DNA of 64,000 nucleotides from Chlamydiales bacterium (GTDB lineage Bacteria; Chlamydiota; Chlamydiia; Chlamydiales; SM23-39): NCBI GenBank assembly GCA_030681135.1, contig JAUXXF010000025.1, positions 12,156 to 76,155 of the forward strand, read 5' to 3'. Shown piece by piece: positions 55,770 to 64,000 of this stretch (position 1 is its first letter; each line of letters starts with the position of its first letter). The notes under the pieces were generated by a model. It saw only the letters and a program-made list of their open reading frames with translations, ran no database searches and was not told where the DNA came from. The position numbers and the translations under genes were made by a program.

Positions 55770-56545
55770 TCTTCCTTCTCATACTGAATTATCTCATTTC
55801 TTAAAACATTTTTTCCTACAATTGTTCCCGATTCATTGGAATTTTTAAATGTGCGCACGCATAACTGAATTCCATTTTTTTTTGCTAATTCAATACTCCG
55901 CGCCTGAAGGATTTTCGCGCCTGCTTGTACTAAAGATAAAGCCTCATCATAGCTCATCTCAGAGATGAATTCAGCATTGCTGTAGAGATGAGGATCTTTT
56001 GTATAAATTCCATCGACATCTTTATAAAAATAGACTCTTTCGACACCTATTGCTGCAGCCATTGCTACCGCACTCGTATCAGATCCGCCTCTTCCTAAAG
56101 TTGTAATTTCACCGTGTCTACTGACCCCTTGAAACCCAGCAATGATGACAATTTTTTTTTGCTGCAGCGCTTCAAGTACCCTTTTAGGGCGTACATCGAC
56201 AATATTTGCTTGGGAGTGATTCTTACAGGTAATAATTCCTGACTGGCTTCCTGTAAAACTCACCGCCTCTTTTCCTTTAAGTTTAAGAGCCATAGCCAAT
56301 AGAGCAACACTGATTCTTTCTCCAACAGAGACAAGCATATCCAATTCTCTACTTGGAGGAGACGGATGTACCTCTTTGGCCAGCCGAAATAATTCATCTG
56401 TCGTTTTCCCCATAGCGCTCACAACAACTACAATCTGCTCCTCTTGCTGCTGACAAATAATGTCAGCAATCCGATGAAAACTTTCGGTTGTTGCAACGCT
56501 CGCGCCGCCAAACTTCATCACTCGAATAGGCAATTTTTCTTTCAT
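55766..56545 (-). CDS. aspartokinase-type amino acid kinase, catalytic domain only (no ACT domains)
   Basis: 259 aa. VMKFGGASV, VVVVSAMGKTTDEL, GFQG....GEITTLGRGGSDTSA and YKDVDGIYTKDP are aspartate kinase motifs. The protein ends right after the kinase fold. Confidence 0.75.
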   Translation of the reverse strand: MKEKLPIRVMKFGGASVATTESFHRIADIICQQQEEQIVVVVSAMGKTTDELFRLAKEVHPSPPSRELDMLVSVGERISVALLAMALKLKGKEAVSFTGSQSGIITCKNHSQANIVDVRPKRVLEALQQKKIVIIAGFQGVSRHGEITTLGRGGSDTSAVAMAAAIGVERVYFYKDVDGIYTKDPHLYSNAEFISEMSYDEALSLVQAGAKILQARSIELAKKNGIQLCVRTFKNSNESGTIVGKNVLRNEIIQYEKED

Positions 56546-56854
56546 AAAAAAAGCTAAACAATCTCTTGTCTCAAAGTAACGAATTATACTAAAAAATACA
56601 AGCGATAGTTGAAAGTAAAGAGAAAATTATTAATTTAAATTTAAAAAATTGCATGTCTCAAAAAATTTTTAGAGACTGAGCCCGTTTCCGAGCCCGAATC
56701 TATCCTAAATTTCGAGCTCGGGCTCGGGCACGAAATGATTAGACCTCTTGCATTTATTAGGAAACACTGATAATCTTTTTCCTTTAACAGACAACGCCTG
56801 TAAAACATTTATTTTTTACGGGTCTTTCATTTATAAACAGGAGAAACCCTTAAC

Positions 56855-58609
56855 ATGTCCCACAAAACAAAACATCACGATTGGAATAGCAGCAACATCC
56901 TAGACGACGTTGATTTCCAAGAACCTGAAGCTCTTCAATTCCGTAATTTACTTCATTCAAAAGAGAAAAAAGAGGCGGAAGGCTCTCTGACCTTATTGAA
57001 CGCAGGGCAGATTCTACACGGCCGAATTGTCGAAATCTCTAAAGACTATGTTGTGGTCGATGTTGGACTAAAATCCGAAGGGTTGGTTCCCGCCGCAGAA
57101 TTTGAGCCTGAAGAGCTAAAACTCGGAGTTGAAACCGAAGTTTACCTCGATCAAGCAGAGGGTGATGACGGACAAATTGTCCTTTCTAAAGAAAAAGCAC
57201 GGAAATTCCGTCAGTGGGAACATATTGTTAATAACTGCCGTGAAGGATCCATTGTCAAAGGATATGTTGTTAGGAAAGTCAAAGGCGGCCTCATGGTCGA
57301 CATCGGCATGGAAGCCTTCCTACCTGGATCTCAAATTGATAATAAGCGGATCAAAAATCTCGATGAGTTTGTAGGAAAGACCTATGAATTCAAAATTCTT
57401 AAAATTAATATTGAGCGCAAAAATATCGTAGTCTCCCGTCGCGAACTACTCGAAGAAGAGAGAGTTTCGAAAAAAGCGGAGTTGCTTGAGAACATTCAAG
57501 AAGGAACTTTACACCGCGGCGTCGTGAAGAACATCACCGATTTCGGCGTCTTTTTAGATCTCAACGGCCTCGATGGACTGCTCCATATCACTGACATGAC
57601 CTGGAAACGAATCAAGCATCCTTCCGAAATGATCCACTTAGGTCAAGAACTCGAAGTCATGATTTTGCATGTTGATCGAGAAAAAGGAAGAGTCGCTTTA
57701 GGATTAAAGCAAAAAGAAGAAAATCCTTGGGAAGAGATTGAAAAACGGTACCCACCAGGAACCAGCGTTCATGGAAAAATCGTCAATCTTGTTTCTTATG
57801 GAGCCTTTATCGAACTCGAGCCAGGAATAGAAGGCTTAATCCACGTCTCAGAAATGTCTTGGACAAAAAATATTACAGAGCCAAGTGAAATGGTTCAAGT
57901 TGGCGACGAAGTAGATGCGATCGTTCTGTCTGTGCAAAAAGATGAAGGAAAAATTTCTCTTGGCATCAAGCAAACAGAAAGAAATCCTTGGGAAGACGTT
58001 GAGAGAAAATATCCTGTAGGCAGCAGCGTCATGACAGAGATCCGCAACCTCACCAACTATGGCGCATTCGTCGAACTAGAGCCTGGCGTTGATGGATTGA
58101 TCCATATTTCTGATCTCAGCTGGATTAAAAAAGTCTCCCATCCTTCTGAAATCTTGAAAAAAGGCGATAAAATTGAAGCAGTGATCTTGTCAGTAGATCC
58201 TGAGAGTAAAAAAATCACTTTAGGCGTAAAACAACTGAGCAACAATCCTTGGGAAACCATTGAAAAAACGCTACCTTTTGGCTCCCTTGTGCATGGCGTA
58301 GTGACAAAAACTACTGCGTTTGGAGCTTTTGTTCAGCTCGATAACGGCATCGAAGCTCTGATCCATGTCACAGAAATTTCAGATCAACCTTTTGGAAAAG
58401 TAGAAGACGTGATCCAAAAAGGTGATGAAGTCACCGCAAAAGTGATTAAATTAGATCCTGAACACAAGAAAGTTGCCCTTTCTATCAAAGAATACCTGAT
58501 TGAAAAGAACCAGCAAAATCGAGATGATATTGTTGTCGGCAATAAGGGCAAAAAGAAAAAGGATAAGAAAAAACAAAACCAAGACGAGGATTTTGAAGAT
58601 GAAGAGTAA
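56855..58609 (+). CDS. rpsA: 30S ribosomal protein S1
   Basis: 584 aa with six S1 (OB) repeats of the form G.V..I..FGAFV.L..G.(D/E)GL.H.S(E/D). Confidence 0.95.
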   Translation: MSHKTKHHDWNSSNILDDVDFQEPEALQFRNLLHSKEKKEAEGSLTLLNAGQILHGRIVEISKDYVVVDVGLKSEGLVPAAEFEPEELKLGVETEVYLDQAEGDDGQIVLSKEKARKFRQWEHIVNNCREGSIVKGYVVRKVKGGLMVDIGMEAFLPGSQIDNKRIKNLDEFVGKTYEFKILKINIERKNIVVSRRELLEEERVSKKAELLENIQEGTLHRGVVKNITDFGVFLDLNGLDGLLHITDMTWKRIKHPSEMIHLGQELEVMILHVDREKGRVALGLKQKEENPWEEIEKRYPPGTSVHGKIVNLVSYGAFIELEPGIEGLIHVSEMSWTKNITEPSEMVQVGDEVDAIVLSVQKDEGKISLGIKQTERNPWEDVERKYPVGSSVMTEIRNLTNYGAFVELEPGVDGLIHISDLSWIKKVSHPSEILKKGDKIEAVILSVDPESKKITLGVKQLSNNPWETIEKTLPFGSLVHGVVTKTTAFGAFVQLDNGIEALIHVTEISDQPFGKVEDVIQKGDEVTAKVIKLDPEHKKVALSIKEYLIEKNQQNRDDIVVGNKGKKKKDKKKQNQDEDFEDEE

Positions 58610-58613
58610 AAGA

Positions 58614-58740
58614 AATCTTCCTTTGAATTAACCTTCTGTCGAAGTTAGAGTTCTTTTGAGCCAATTTTCGATTCGTTTGATCGGAAATTGGCCAAAAAAC
58701 TCCCTAAAATCGAAGAACGTCTAATTTCAAAGAAGACTCA
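58614..58740. repeat. family A long palindrome, copy 2
   Basis: TCTTCCTTTGAATTAACCTTCTGTCGAAGTTAGAGTTCTTTTGAGCCAATTTTCGATT... pairs with ...GGAAATTGGCCAAAAAACTCCCTAAAATCGAAGAACGTCTAATTTCAAAGAAGACT. Same core as 13354-13522. Confidence 0.65.
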
Positions 58741-58793
58741 AATCTCTCTTCTCGTTATAATCCATAAAACAAACCTAAAAGCAGTGTATACTC

Positions 58794-60071
58794 ATGAACA
58801 ACAAAGACCTGATTGCTATTTTTGAATACTTAGAGCGTGAAAAAGGAATTAAGCGGGAAATCGTCATTAATGCGATTGCCGATTCGCTTCGTGCTGCAGC
58901 TCGAAAAAGCGTAAAAAACTTAGGAGATCAGGTTAGTGTTGAGATCAATCCAAAAACAGGAGAGATCGATGTCTATACTCAAAAGAAGATCGTTCAGAAA
59001 GTAGAAGATGAAGCTGAAGAAATTTCTTTAGAAGACGCTCGTATCCTTGAGCCAGAGTGCCAAATTGGTCAATTACTCGAAATCTCCATCACTCCTCAAG
59101 ATTTTGGCAGGGTCGCAGCACAAGCAGCAAGACATGTCATTTCGCAAAAGTTAAAAGGCGCAGAGCGGGATGTGATCTATGAAGAATATCGCGATCGATT
59201 GGGAGATCTCGTTTCAGGAACTGTGAAACGATTTATCAAAGGAAAAACGATGGTCATTGACCTTGGAAAGGTCGAAGCCATCATGCCAGAGAGACACTAC
59301 CCTAAACTAGAACGATATAATGTAGGCGATAAAGTTCAAGCGCTTCTCCTAGAAGTGCACGATACAGAGGGCGGCGGAGCAGAGGTTATCTTGACTCGCA
59401 GCCATCCCGATTTCGTCAAAGCTTTATTTATACAAGAAGTTCCTGAGCTGCACGACAAGACTGTAGTTATTGAAAAAATCGTCAGAGATGCAGGTTATAG
59501 ATGCAAGCTGGCTGTCCGCTCTTACGATCCTAAGGTCGATCCTGTAGGAACTTGCGTAGGAGTCAGAGGGTCTCGCATTAAAAATATCATCAGAGAACTC
59601 AATAATGAAAAAATCGATGTTGTTCCTTATGCAGAAGATCCTCTCCAATTATTAGAAAATTTAATGGCGCCCTCGCAAATCCGCAAGATGAAATGGCTCG
59701 ATTCCCATCTTTTTATTGTCGTTGCTGATGAAGATTATCCGACAGTGATTGGGAAAAAAGGGATGAACGCCAGACTGATTGGACAGATGATTGGAAAAAA
59801 CATTGAAGTCCATAAAATGAGCGAATACCAAAAACTGCTCACAATTCAAATGGCAGAACTTTCTGAATCTCCTGATCCATTCTTAGATGAAAAGCTTAAG
59901 ATCGAAGGAGTAAGCGGCCTTGTTCTCGACAGCTTAGTTTCTGCCGAATACGACACGCTTCGCAAGTTAGCACAAGCTGCGCCAACAGATCTTACCTCCA
60001 AAGTTCCAGGCGTCAATTACTACGATCTTGCCGATAAAATACTGGAGCAAACGCGTAAAAGAAAAGGTTAA
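58794..60071 (+). CDS. nusA: transcription termination/antitermination factor NusA
   Basis: 425 aa with an N-terminal domain, S1 and two KH regions (..[10 protein letters not shown].., ..[12 protein letters not shown]..). Confidence 0.95.
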   Translation: MNNKDLIAIFEYLEREKGIKREIVINAIADSLRAAARKSVKNLGDQVSVEINPKTGEIDVYTQKKIVQKVEDEAEEISLEDARILEPECQIGQLLEISITPQDFGRVAAQAARHVISQKLKGAERDVIYEEYRDRLGDLVSGTVKRFIKGKTMVIDLGKVEAIMPERHYPKLERYNVGDKVQALLLEVHDTEGGGAEVILTRSHPDFVKALFIQEVPELHDKTVVIEKIVRDAGYRCKLAVRSYDPKVDPVGTCVGVRGSRIKNIIRELNNEKIDVVPYAEDPLQLLENLMAPSQIRKMKWLDSHLFIVVADEDYPTVIGKKGMNARLIGQMIGKNIEVHKMSEYQKLLTIQMAELSESPDPFLDEKLKIEGVSGLVLDSLVSAEYDTLRKLAQAAPTDLTSKVPGVNYYDLADKILEQTRKRKG

Positions 60072-60076
60072 TCACT

Positions 60077-62512
60077 GTGGGCAAACATCTCAAGCTAAAT
60101 ATTAAAAATGCTCAGCTCGCTGAAGCGTTCAAGTTGAAAAAGACTGAAGCTAAAGAGGGAGAAACTTCTTCCTCCCAGCAGCAGCCTGCGACTCGAGAAG
60201 AAGAACCTAAAAAGCCCTTAACCCGGCTTAAAGAGGACGCTTCTGTCTCAGCAGCTCTCAAGCAAGCAGATAAAACATTGGCAGCTCGAGAAAAAGAACA
60301 TCCTACATCCGCAGTAGACCCTTTAAAAAAACGAAAAACTCGGATCGTACAAGCCACCCCTTTAGAAGAAGAAGGGATTACCCAACCCCTTAAATCTTCT
60401 GAGCCCGAGCTTGTTTCGGAAGAATCTCCGACAGAGGTCTCCCCTGCTCAGCCAGTTGCACCAGCTGCCCATTCAAAAACAGCAGAACCTCCCCTCTCCG
60501 ATTCTTCAAAGGCTCATGTCAAAGAACAGCCCACTGATCTTAAGCAAATTGGAGAATTTGCACCTCGAAAAGTTCTACCTCCTCCTCCTAAAGACCTAAA
60601 AGCAAAAAAACTCAAAGAAGTCCGTTCCTTTGATGCAAGAGATCGACAAGGTCTTCGAGCTGGAGATGATGAAGCATGGCGCAAAAGAAGAGCTCATAAA
60701 CAAGTTCGTCGCATGCAAGAAGAAATTGTCATTCGTCCTAAAGAGCTAGCTGTCCGCGTTCCCATTACTATCAAAGATTTAGCCCATGAGATGAAACTAA
60801 AAGCCTCTCAGCTGATCGCAAAGCTTTTCATGCAAGGTGTTGTTGCGACTCTCAACGATTATCTCGACGATGAGACAGTCATTCAACTGCTAGGCCACGA
60901 GTTTGATTGCACCATTACGATTGATACTGTAGAGCAAAAACGGATCCAGATTACCGATCGTACAATCCGCCAAGAAATTGATACGACAGCTACAGACAAA
61001 CTTATCCTACGAGCTCCTGTTGTCGCCTTTATGGGCCACGTCGACCATGGAAAAACAAGTCTTATTGATGCGATTCGAAAATCGAACCGAGTTTCTCAAG
61101 AAGCGGGCGCGATTACCCAACATATCGGTGCTTTTAAAGTAACGACAAATGCTGGAGAAGTGACTATTTTAGATACTCCTGGCCACGAAGCGTTTTTTGA
61201 AATGAGAGCCCGAGGAGCCAACGTAACAGACATTGTTATCCTCGTGATCGCTGGAGATGAAGGAATTAAAGCGCAAACAGAAGAAGCCATTCGCCAAGCG
61301 CGAGATGCTAATGTTCCTATTCTCGTTTCCATCAATAAATGCGACAAACCAAATTTTGACGCACAAAAAATCTATCGGGAACTTGCTGACCGAGATCTCT
61401 TGCCAGAAAGCTGGGGAGGTTCCACGATCACTGTCAATTGTTCTGCCTCGGCAGGAACCGGAATCTCTGAATTACTTGAAATGATCGCCCTTCAAGCAGA
61501 AATCCTCGAACTAAGAGCTGATCCAGCTGCCCGAGCTCGAGGTACAGTCCTTGAATCGGAGATGCATAAAGGACTTGGAGCTGTAGCGACCGTTCTTGTC
61601 CAAAATGGAACCCTCCGTAAAGGAGACGCCATTGTATTTGGACACTATTCTGGCCGCATCAAGACGATGCAAGATGATCACGGACGTCTCATTGAAACTG
61701 CAGGACCGTCTACTCCTGTTAAGATCACAGGCCTTTCGGAGCTTGCTCTGGCTGGCAATGAATTCGTTGTTGTGAAAAATGAAAAAGAAGCCCGCGAACT
61801 AGCAGAAGCCCGCTCGGAAGGACGCGAGAGACACATGATGGCTCAAGCAAAAATCGGTGGATTAGAAAAACTGATGCAAAAGAAAGAGAGTGGAGAGAAA
61901 AAAATTCTTCCTCTTATTCTTCGAGCCGACGTTCAAGGGTCTTTAGAGGCTTTAAAAACATCTCTCTTAAAAATCCACTCTAACAAAGTGAGAATTGAAA
62001 TTGTCAATGCTGACGTGGGAGAAATTTCTGAATCAGATATTGCGCTTGCAGCCGCTTCAAAAGCCACCATTATTGGATTCCATACAACGATTGAAAGCCA
62101 TGCAGACGATCTGATCAAACAGAAAAAAGTTCCTGTATATACTCAAGATGTCATTTATCATCTGATCGACGAGGTCAAGCGCAGAATGCAGATGTTGCTT
62201 GATAAGCTGGAGCAAGAGACCGATGTCGGAAGCGCCGTTGTCAAAGCAGCCTTTAAATCCTCTCAACTTGGCGTTATTGCAGGTTGCCAAATAGCAAGCG
62301 GCGTCATTAAACGCTCAAACCTCATTCGTCAACTCCGCGGCAAAGCGATCATTTGGAAAGGAAGAATCGCCTCTCTTAAACGGGTGAAAGAAGACGTCAA
62401 AGAAGTCAAAGAGGGCATTGAATGTGGTATTTTGCTAGAAGGACAGCAAGATATCAAAGAAGGAGACATTCTCCAAGCTTATGAAATCACGTATTTAGAG
62501 CAAGAGTTGTGA
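60077..62512 (+). CDS. infB: translation initiation factor IF-2
   Basis: 811 aa, GTG start. G domain [30 protein letters not shown]. Confidence 0.95.
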   Translation: MGKHLKLNIKNAQLAEAFKLKKTEAKEGETSSSQQQPATREEEPKKPLTRLKEDASVSAALKQADKTLAAREKEHPTSAVDPLKKRKTRIVQATPLEEEGITQPLKSSEPELVSEESPTEVSPAQPVAPAAHSKTAEPPLSDSSKAHVKEQPTDLKQIGEFAPRKVLPPPPKDLKAKKLKEVRSFDARDRQGLRAGDDEAWRKRRAHKQVRRMQEEIVIRPKELAVRVPITIKDLAHEMKLKASQLIAKLFMQGVVATLNDYLDDETVIQLLGHEFDCTITIDTVEQKRIQITDRTIRQEIDTTATDKLILRAPVVAFMGHVDHGKTSLIDAIRKSNRVSQEAGAITQHIGAFKVTTNAGEVTILDTPGHEAFFEMRARGANVTDIVILVIAGDEGIKAQTEEAIRQARDANVPILVSINKCDKPNFDAQKIYRELADRDLLPESWGGSTITVNCSASAGTGISELLEMIALQAEILELRADPAARARGTVLESEMHKGLGAVATVLVQNGTLRKGDAIVFGHYSGRIKTMQDDHGRLIETAGPSTPVKITGLSELALAGNEFVVVKNEKEARELAEARSEGRERHMMAQAKIGGLEKLMQKKESGEKKILPLILRADVQGSLEALKTSLLKIHSNKVRIEIVNADVGEISESDIALAAASKATIIGFHTTIESHADDLIKQKKVPVYTQDVIYHLIDEVKRRMQMLLDKLEQETDVGSAVVKAAFKSSQLGVIAGCQIASGVIKRSNLIRQLRGKAIIWKGRIASLKRVKEDVKEVKEGIECGILLEGQQDIKEGDILQAYEITYLEQEL

Positions 62513-62892
62513 AAAAAAACAGATTAGAGAGAATTAATTCCTTATTGAAAGAAGTCATCTCTGAAGTCATTCAAAAAGAAGTTAAGAATCCTCATGTCAA
62601 TACATTTGTCACTGTGACCCATGTAGACACTTCAGCAGATTTGCACCATGCAAAAGTATATATTAGTTTGATCGCCACAGATGCAGAAAAAGAAAAAATC
62701 CTTGCAGCGTTGCAAACAGCGGCAGGATTTATTGCTGTCAATGCGGCTAAAAAAGTAGAGCTTCGTTATTTCCCAACTCTTACTTTTAAATTGGATACTG
62801 CTTTAGAAGAACATTTACGTATCCAAGAACTTCTCACTAAGATCGAACACGAAAGAACCTCCCGCTCTCCTGAAGAAAATGACGACGAATAA
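62509..62892 (+). CDS. rbfA: ribosome-binding factor A
   Basis: 127 aa. GTGA overlap with the infB stop. [17 protein letters not shown]...[20 protein letters not shown]. Confidence 0.9.
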   Translation: MKKNRLERINSLLKEVISEVIQKEVKNPHVNTFVTVTHVDTSADLHHAKVYISLIATDAEKEKILAALQTAAGFIAVNAAKKVELRYFPTLTFKLDTALEEHLRIQELLTKIEHERTSRSPEENDDE

Positions 62893-63580
62893 GAGCCCGT
62901 CTGCGGGTTGCAAAGGAATCCTTTTAATCAACAAATCAGCAGGATCTACCTCTTTTCAGATCGTGCGTCAGCTTCGCCGTTTATTACATGTTGAAAAAAT
63001 TGGACATGCAGGTACGCTCGATCCTTTTGCAACCGGAGTGATGGTTATGTTGGTAGGTCGAGAGTTTACTCGTCTATCCAACGAGTTCTTAGGGAGCGAC
63101 AAAGAATACCACGCTTTGGTTCATTTAGGAGTCCAAACGGATAGTTATGATATTGACGGCACCATCACAGCCCAAAGCGATCTGATCCCCTCTTTAGATC
63201 AAATTCACACTGCACTGATGGCCTTTCAAGGCCAAGTGTCTCAGATTCCTCCGATGTTTTCTGCCAAAAAAGTAGGTGGGCAAAAACTCTATGATTTAGC
63301 CAGAAAAGGGATCGAAATAGAAAGGCAACCCGTTACCGTCCAGATGAAAACGACTTTAATTCACTACGAATACCCCAATTTAGAACTACATATTCATTGC
63401 AGCAAAGGGACTTATATTCGATCTCTTGCTCATGATCTAGGCCAAATGCTCGGCTGCGGAGGACATCTTTCCGCTTTAACGAGGCTCAAATCTGGCCCTT
63501 ATCATCTTGAAGAGTGCCTTTCTCAAGAAGTTTTACAGCAACCTGGTATTGACCTGCAACCTCATCTTAGGAGTATTTAG
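62879..63580 (+). CDS. truB: tRNA pseudouridine(55) synthase TruB
   Basis: 233 aa. GILLINKSAGSTSF, KIGHAGTLDPFATGVMV (catalytic Asp). Confidence 0.9.
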   Translation: MTTNKSPSAGCKGILLINKSAGSTSFQIVRQLRRLLHVEKIGHAGTLDPFATGVMVMLVGREFTRLSNEFLGSDKEYHALVHLGVQTDSYDIDGTITAQSDLIPSLDQIHTALMAFQGQVSQIPPMFSAKKVGGQKLYDLARKGIEIERQPVTVQMKTTLIHYEYPNLELHIHCSKGTYIRSLAHDLGQMLGCGGHLSALTRLKSGPYHLEECLSQEVLQQPGIDLQPHLRSI

Positions 63581-63747
63581 AACCTATCCCAGGTTAAAGT
63601 TTCAGTTGTTTTTAGAGTTCTTTTGAGCAAATTTTCGGTTTTTTTGATAGGGGCCATATACGAAGTTGATATTACCCCTATCAAAAAAATCGAAAATTTG
63701 CCAAAATAATCTCGAAAAACAACGAAAAATTAACCAGGGATAGGTTC
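63580..63747. repeat. family A long palindrome, copy 3 (fills the whole truB-ychF spacer)
   Basis: GAACCTATCCCAGGTTAAAGTTTCAGTTGTTTTTAGAGTTCTTTTGAGCAAATTTTCGG... pairs with ...CGAAAATTTGCCAAAATAATCTCGAAAAACAACGAAAAATTAACCAGGGATAGGTTC. There is an inner hairpin TTTTTTTGATAGGGG/CCCCTATCAAAAAAA. Confidence 0.75.
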
Positions 63748-63749
63748 TT

Positions 63750-64000
63750 ATGTCTCATCTTTCTTGCGGCATCGTCGGCCTACCCAATGTCGGCAAATCG
63801 ACCCTCTTCAACGCACTCACTCGCAAACAAATCCCCTCAGAAAATTACCCTTTTTGCACCATTGATCCGAATGTAGGGATTGTTCCTGTAAAAGATGAAA
63901 GGCTTCAACAGCTTTCTACTCAATCAAAAAGCCAGAAAATCATTCCTGCAACAGTCACATTTGTAGACATTGCCGGCCTTGTCAAAGGAGCTTCTGAAGG
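63750..64000 (+). CDS. ychF: ribosome-binding ATPase YchF, 5' part (cut by window edge)
   Basis: Own translation: [52 protein letters not shown]...[14 protein letters not shown]. This is the YchF/OLA1 N-terminal G domain. Confidence 0.88.
   Translation, partial: MSHLSCGIVGLPNVGKSTLFNALTRKQIPSENYPFCTIDPNVGIVPVKDERLQQLSTQSKSQKIIPATVTFVDIAGLVKGASE

Noticed and set aside
56152-56160. A9/T9 homopolymer inside the aspartokinase-like gene, and other A/T runs of 8-10 in coding regions.
   Set aside because: These are common in AT-leaning genomes (Lys AAA codons). There is no evidence of frameshift or truncation at these sites.
56690-56735. GC-rich quasi-palindrome GAGCCCGTTTCCGAGCCCGA...TCGAGCTCGGGCTCGGGCAC upstream of rpsA, with possible TTGCAT -35 boxes nearby.
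   Set aside because: The arms are short and imperfect. I could not define a convincing -10 at proper spacing or a known S1 autoregulatory structure. Noted but not called.

Overview
This window looks like chromosome from a member of the phylum Chlamydiae, probably an environmental (amoeba-associated) lineage rather than Chlamydiaceae. Supporting evidence: an NTT/TLC ATP/ADP translocase, a ytgABCD-type metal ABC operon whose permease carries a C-terminal DtxR-like repressor domain, two Pmp-like autotransporters with GGAI and FxxN motifs, Inc-like membrane proteins, and gene order that I recall from C. trachomatis. The recalled blocks are gnd-lepA-npt1-(small ORF)-ytgABCD-yaeL, rpe-efp-accB-accC, and rpsA-nusA-infB-rbfA-truB-ychF. 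An aconitase, a GH3 hexosaminidase and many lineage-specific genes point to a larger, non-Chlamydiaceae genome.

Housekeeping blocks are hrcA-grpE-dnaK, rseP, ytgABCD, ntt, lepA, gnd, acnA, accBC-efp-rpe and the rpsA-to-ychF block. Accessory segments sit between them:
- a hypothetical gene pair (4.5-7.2 kb);
- a USP-fold protein with both catalytic positions substituted (15.9-16.8 kb);
- two tandem Inc-like paralogs inserted between lepA and gnd;
- a tRNA-Arg followed by a 365-bp nest of palindromes, then a permease, a minimal kinase-like membrane protein and a small self-contained transcription unit (21.7-25.5 kb);
- two tandem ~1300-aa glycine-rich autotransporters (28.5-36.4 kb);
- a + strand run of mostly signal-peptide-bearing proteins (40.2-46.3 kb): YVTN beta-propeller, orphan MntA antitoxin with a 21-codon HepT remnant, FKBP-like protein, PhyH-type dioxygenase and a CDA-fold deaminase.

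The non-coding space is unusual. At least seven intergenic regions are filled by long imperfect palindromes. These include one family sharing a TTTTGGC/GCCAAAA-containing core and a 50-nt double-hairpin module present three times. Two tRNAs are present (Arg-CCT, Leu-CAA). I saw no rRNA, CRISPR array, transposase or integrase. No database search was possible, so every family assignment rests on motifs read by eye, and all C. trachomatis locus numbers are from memory.
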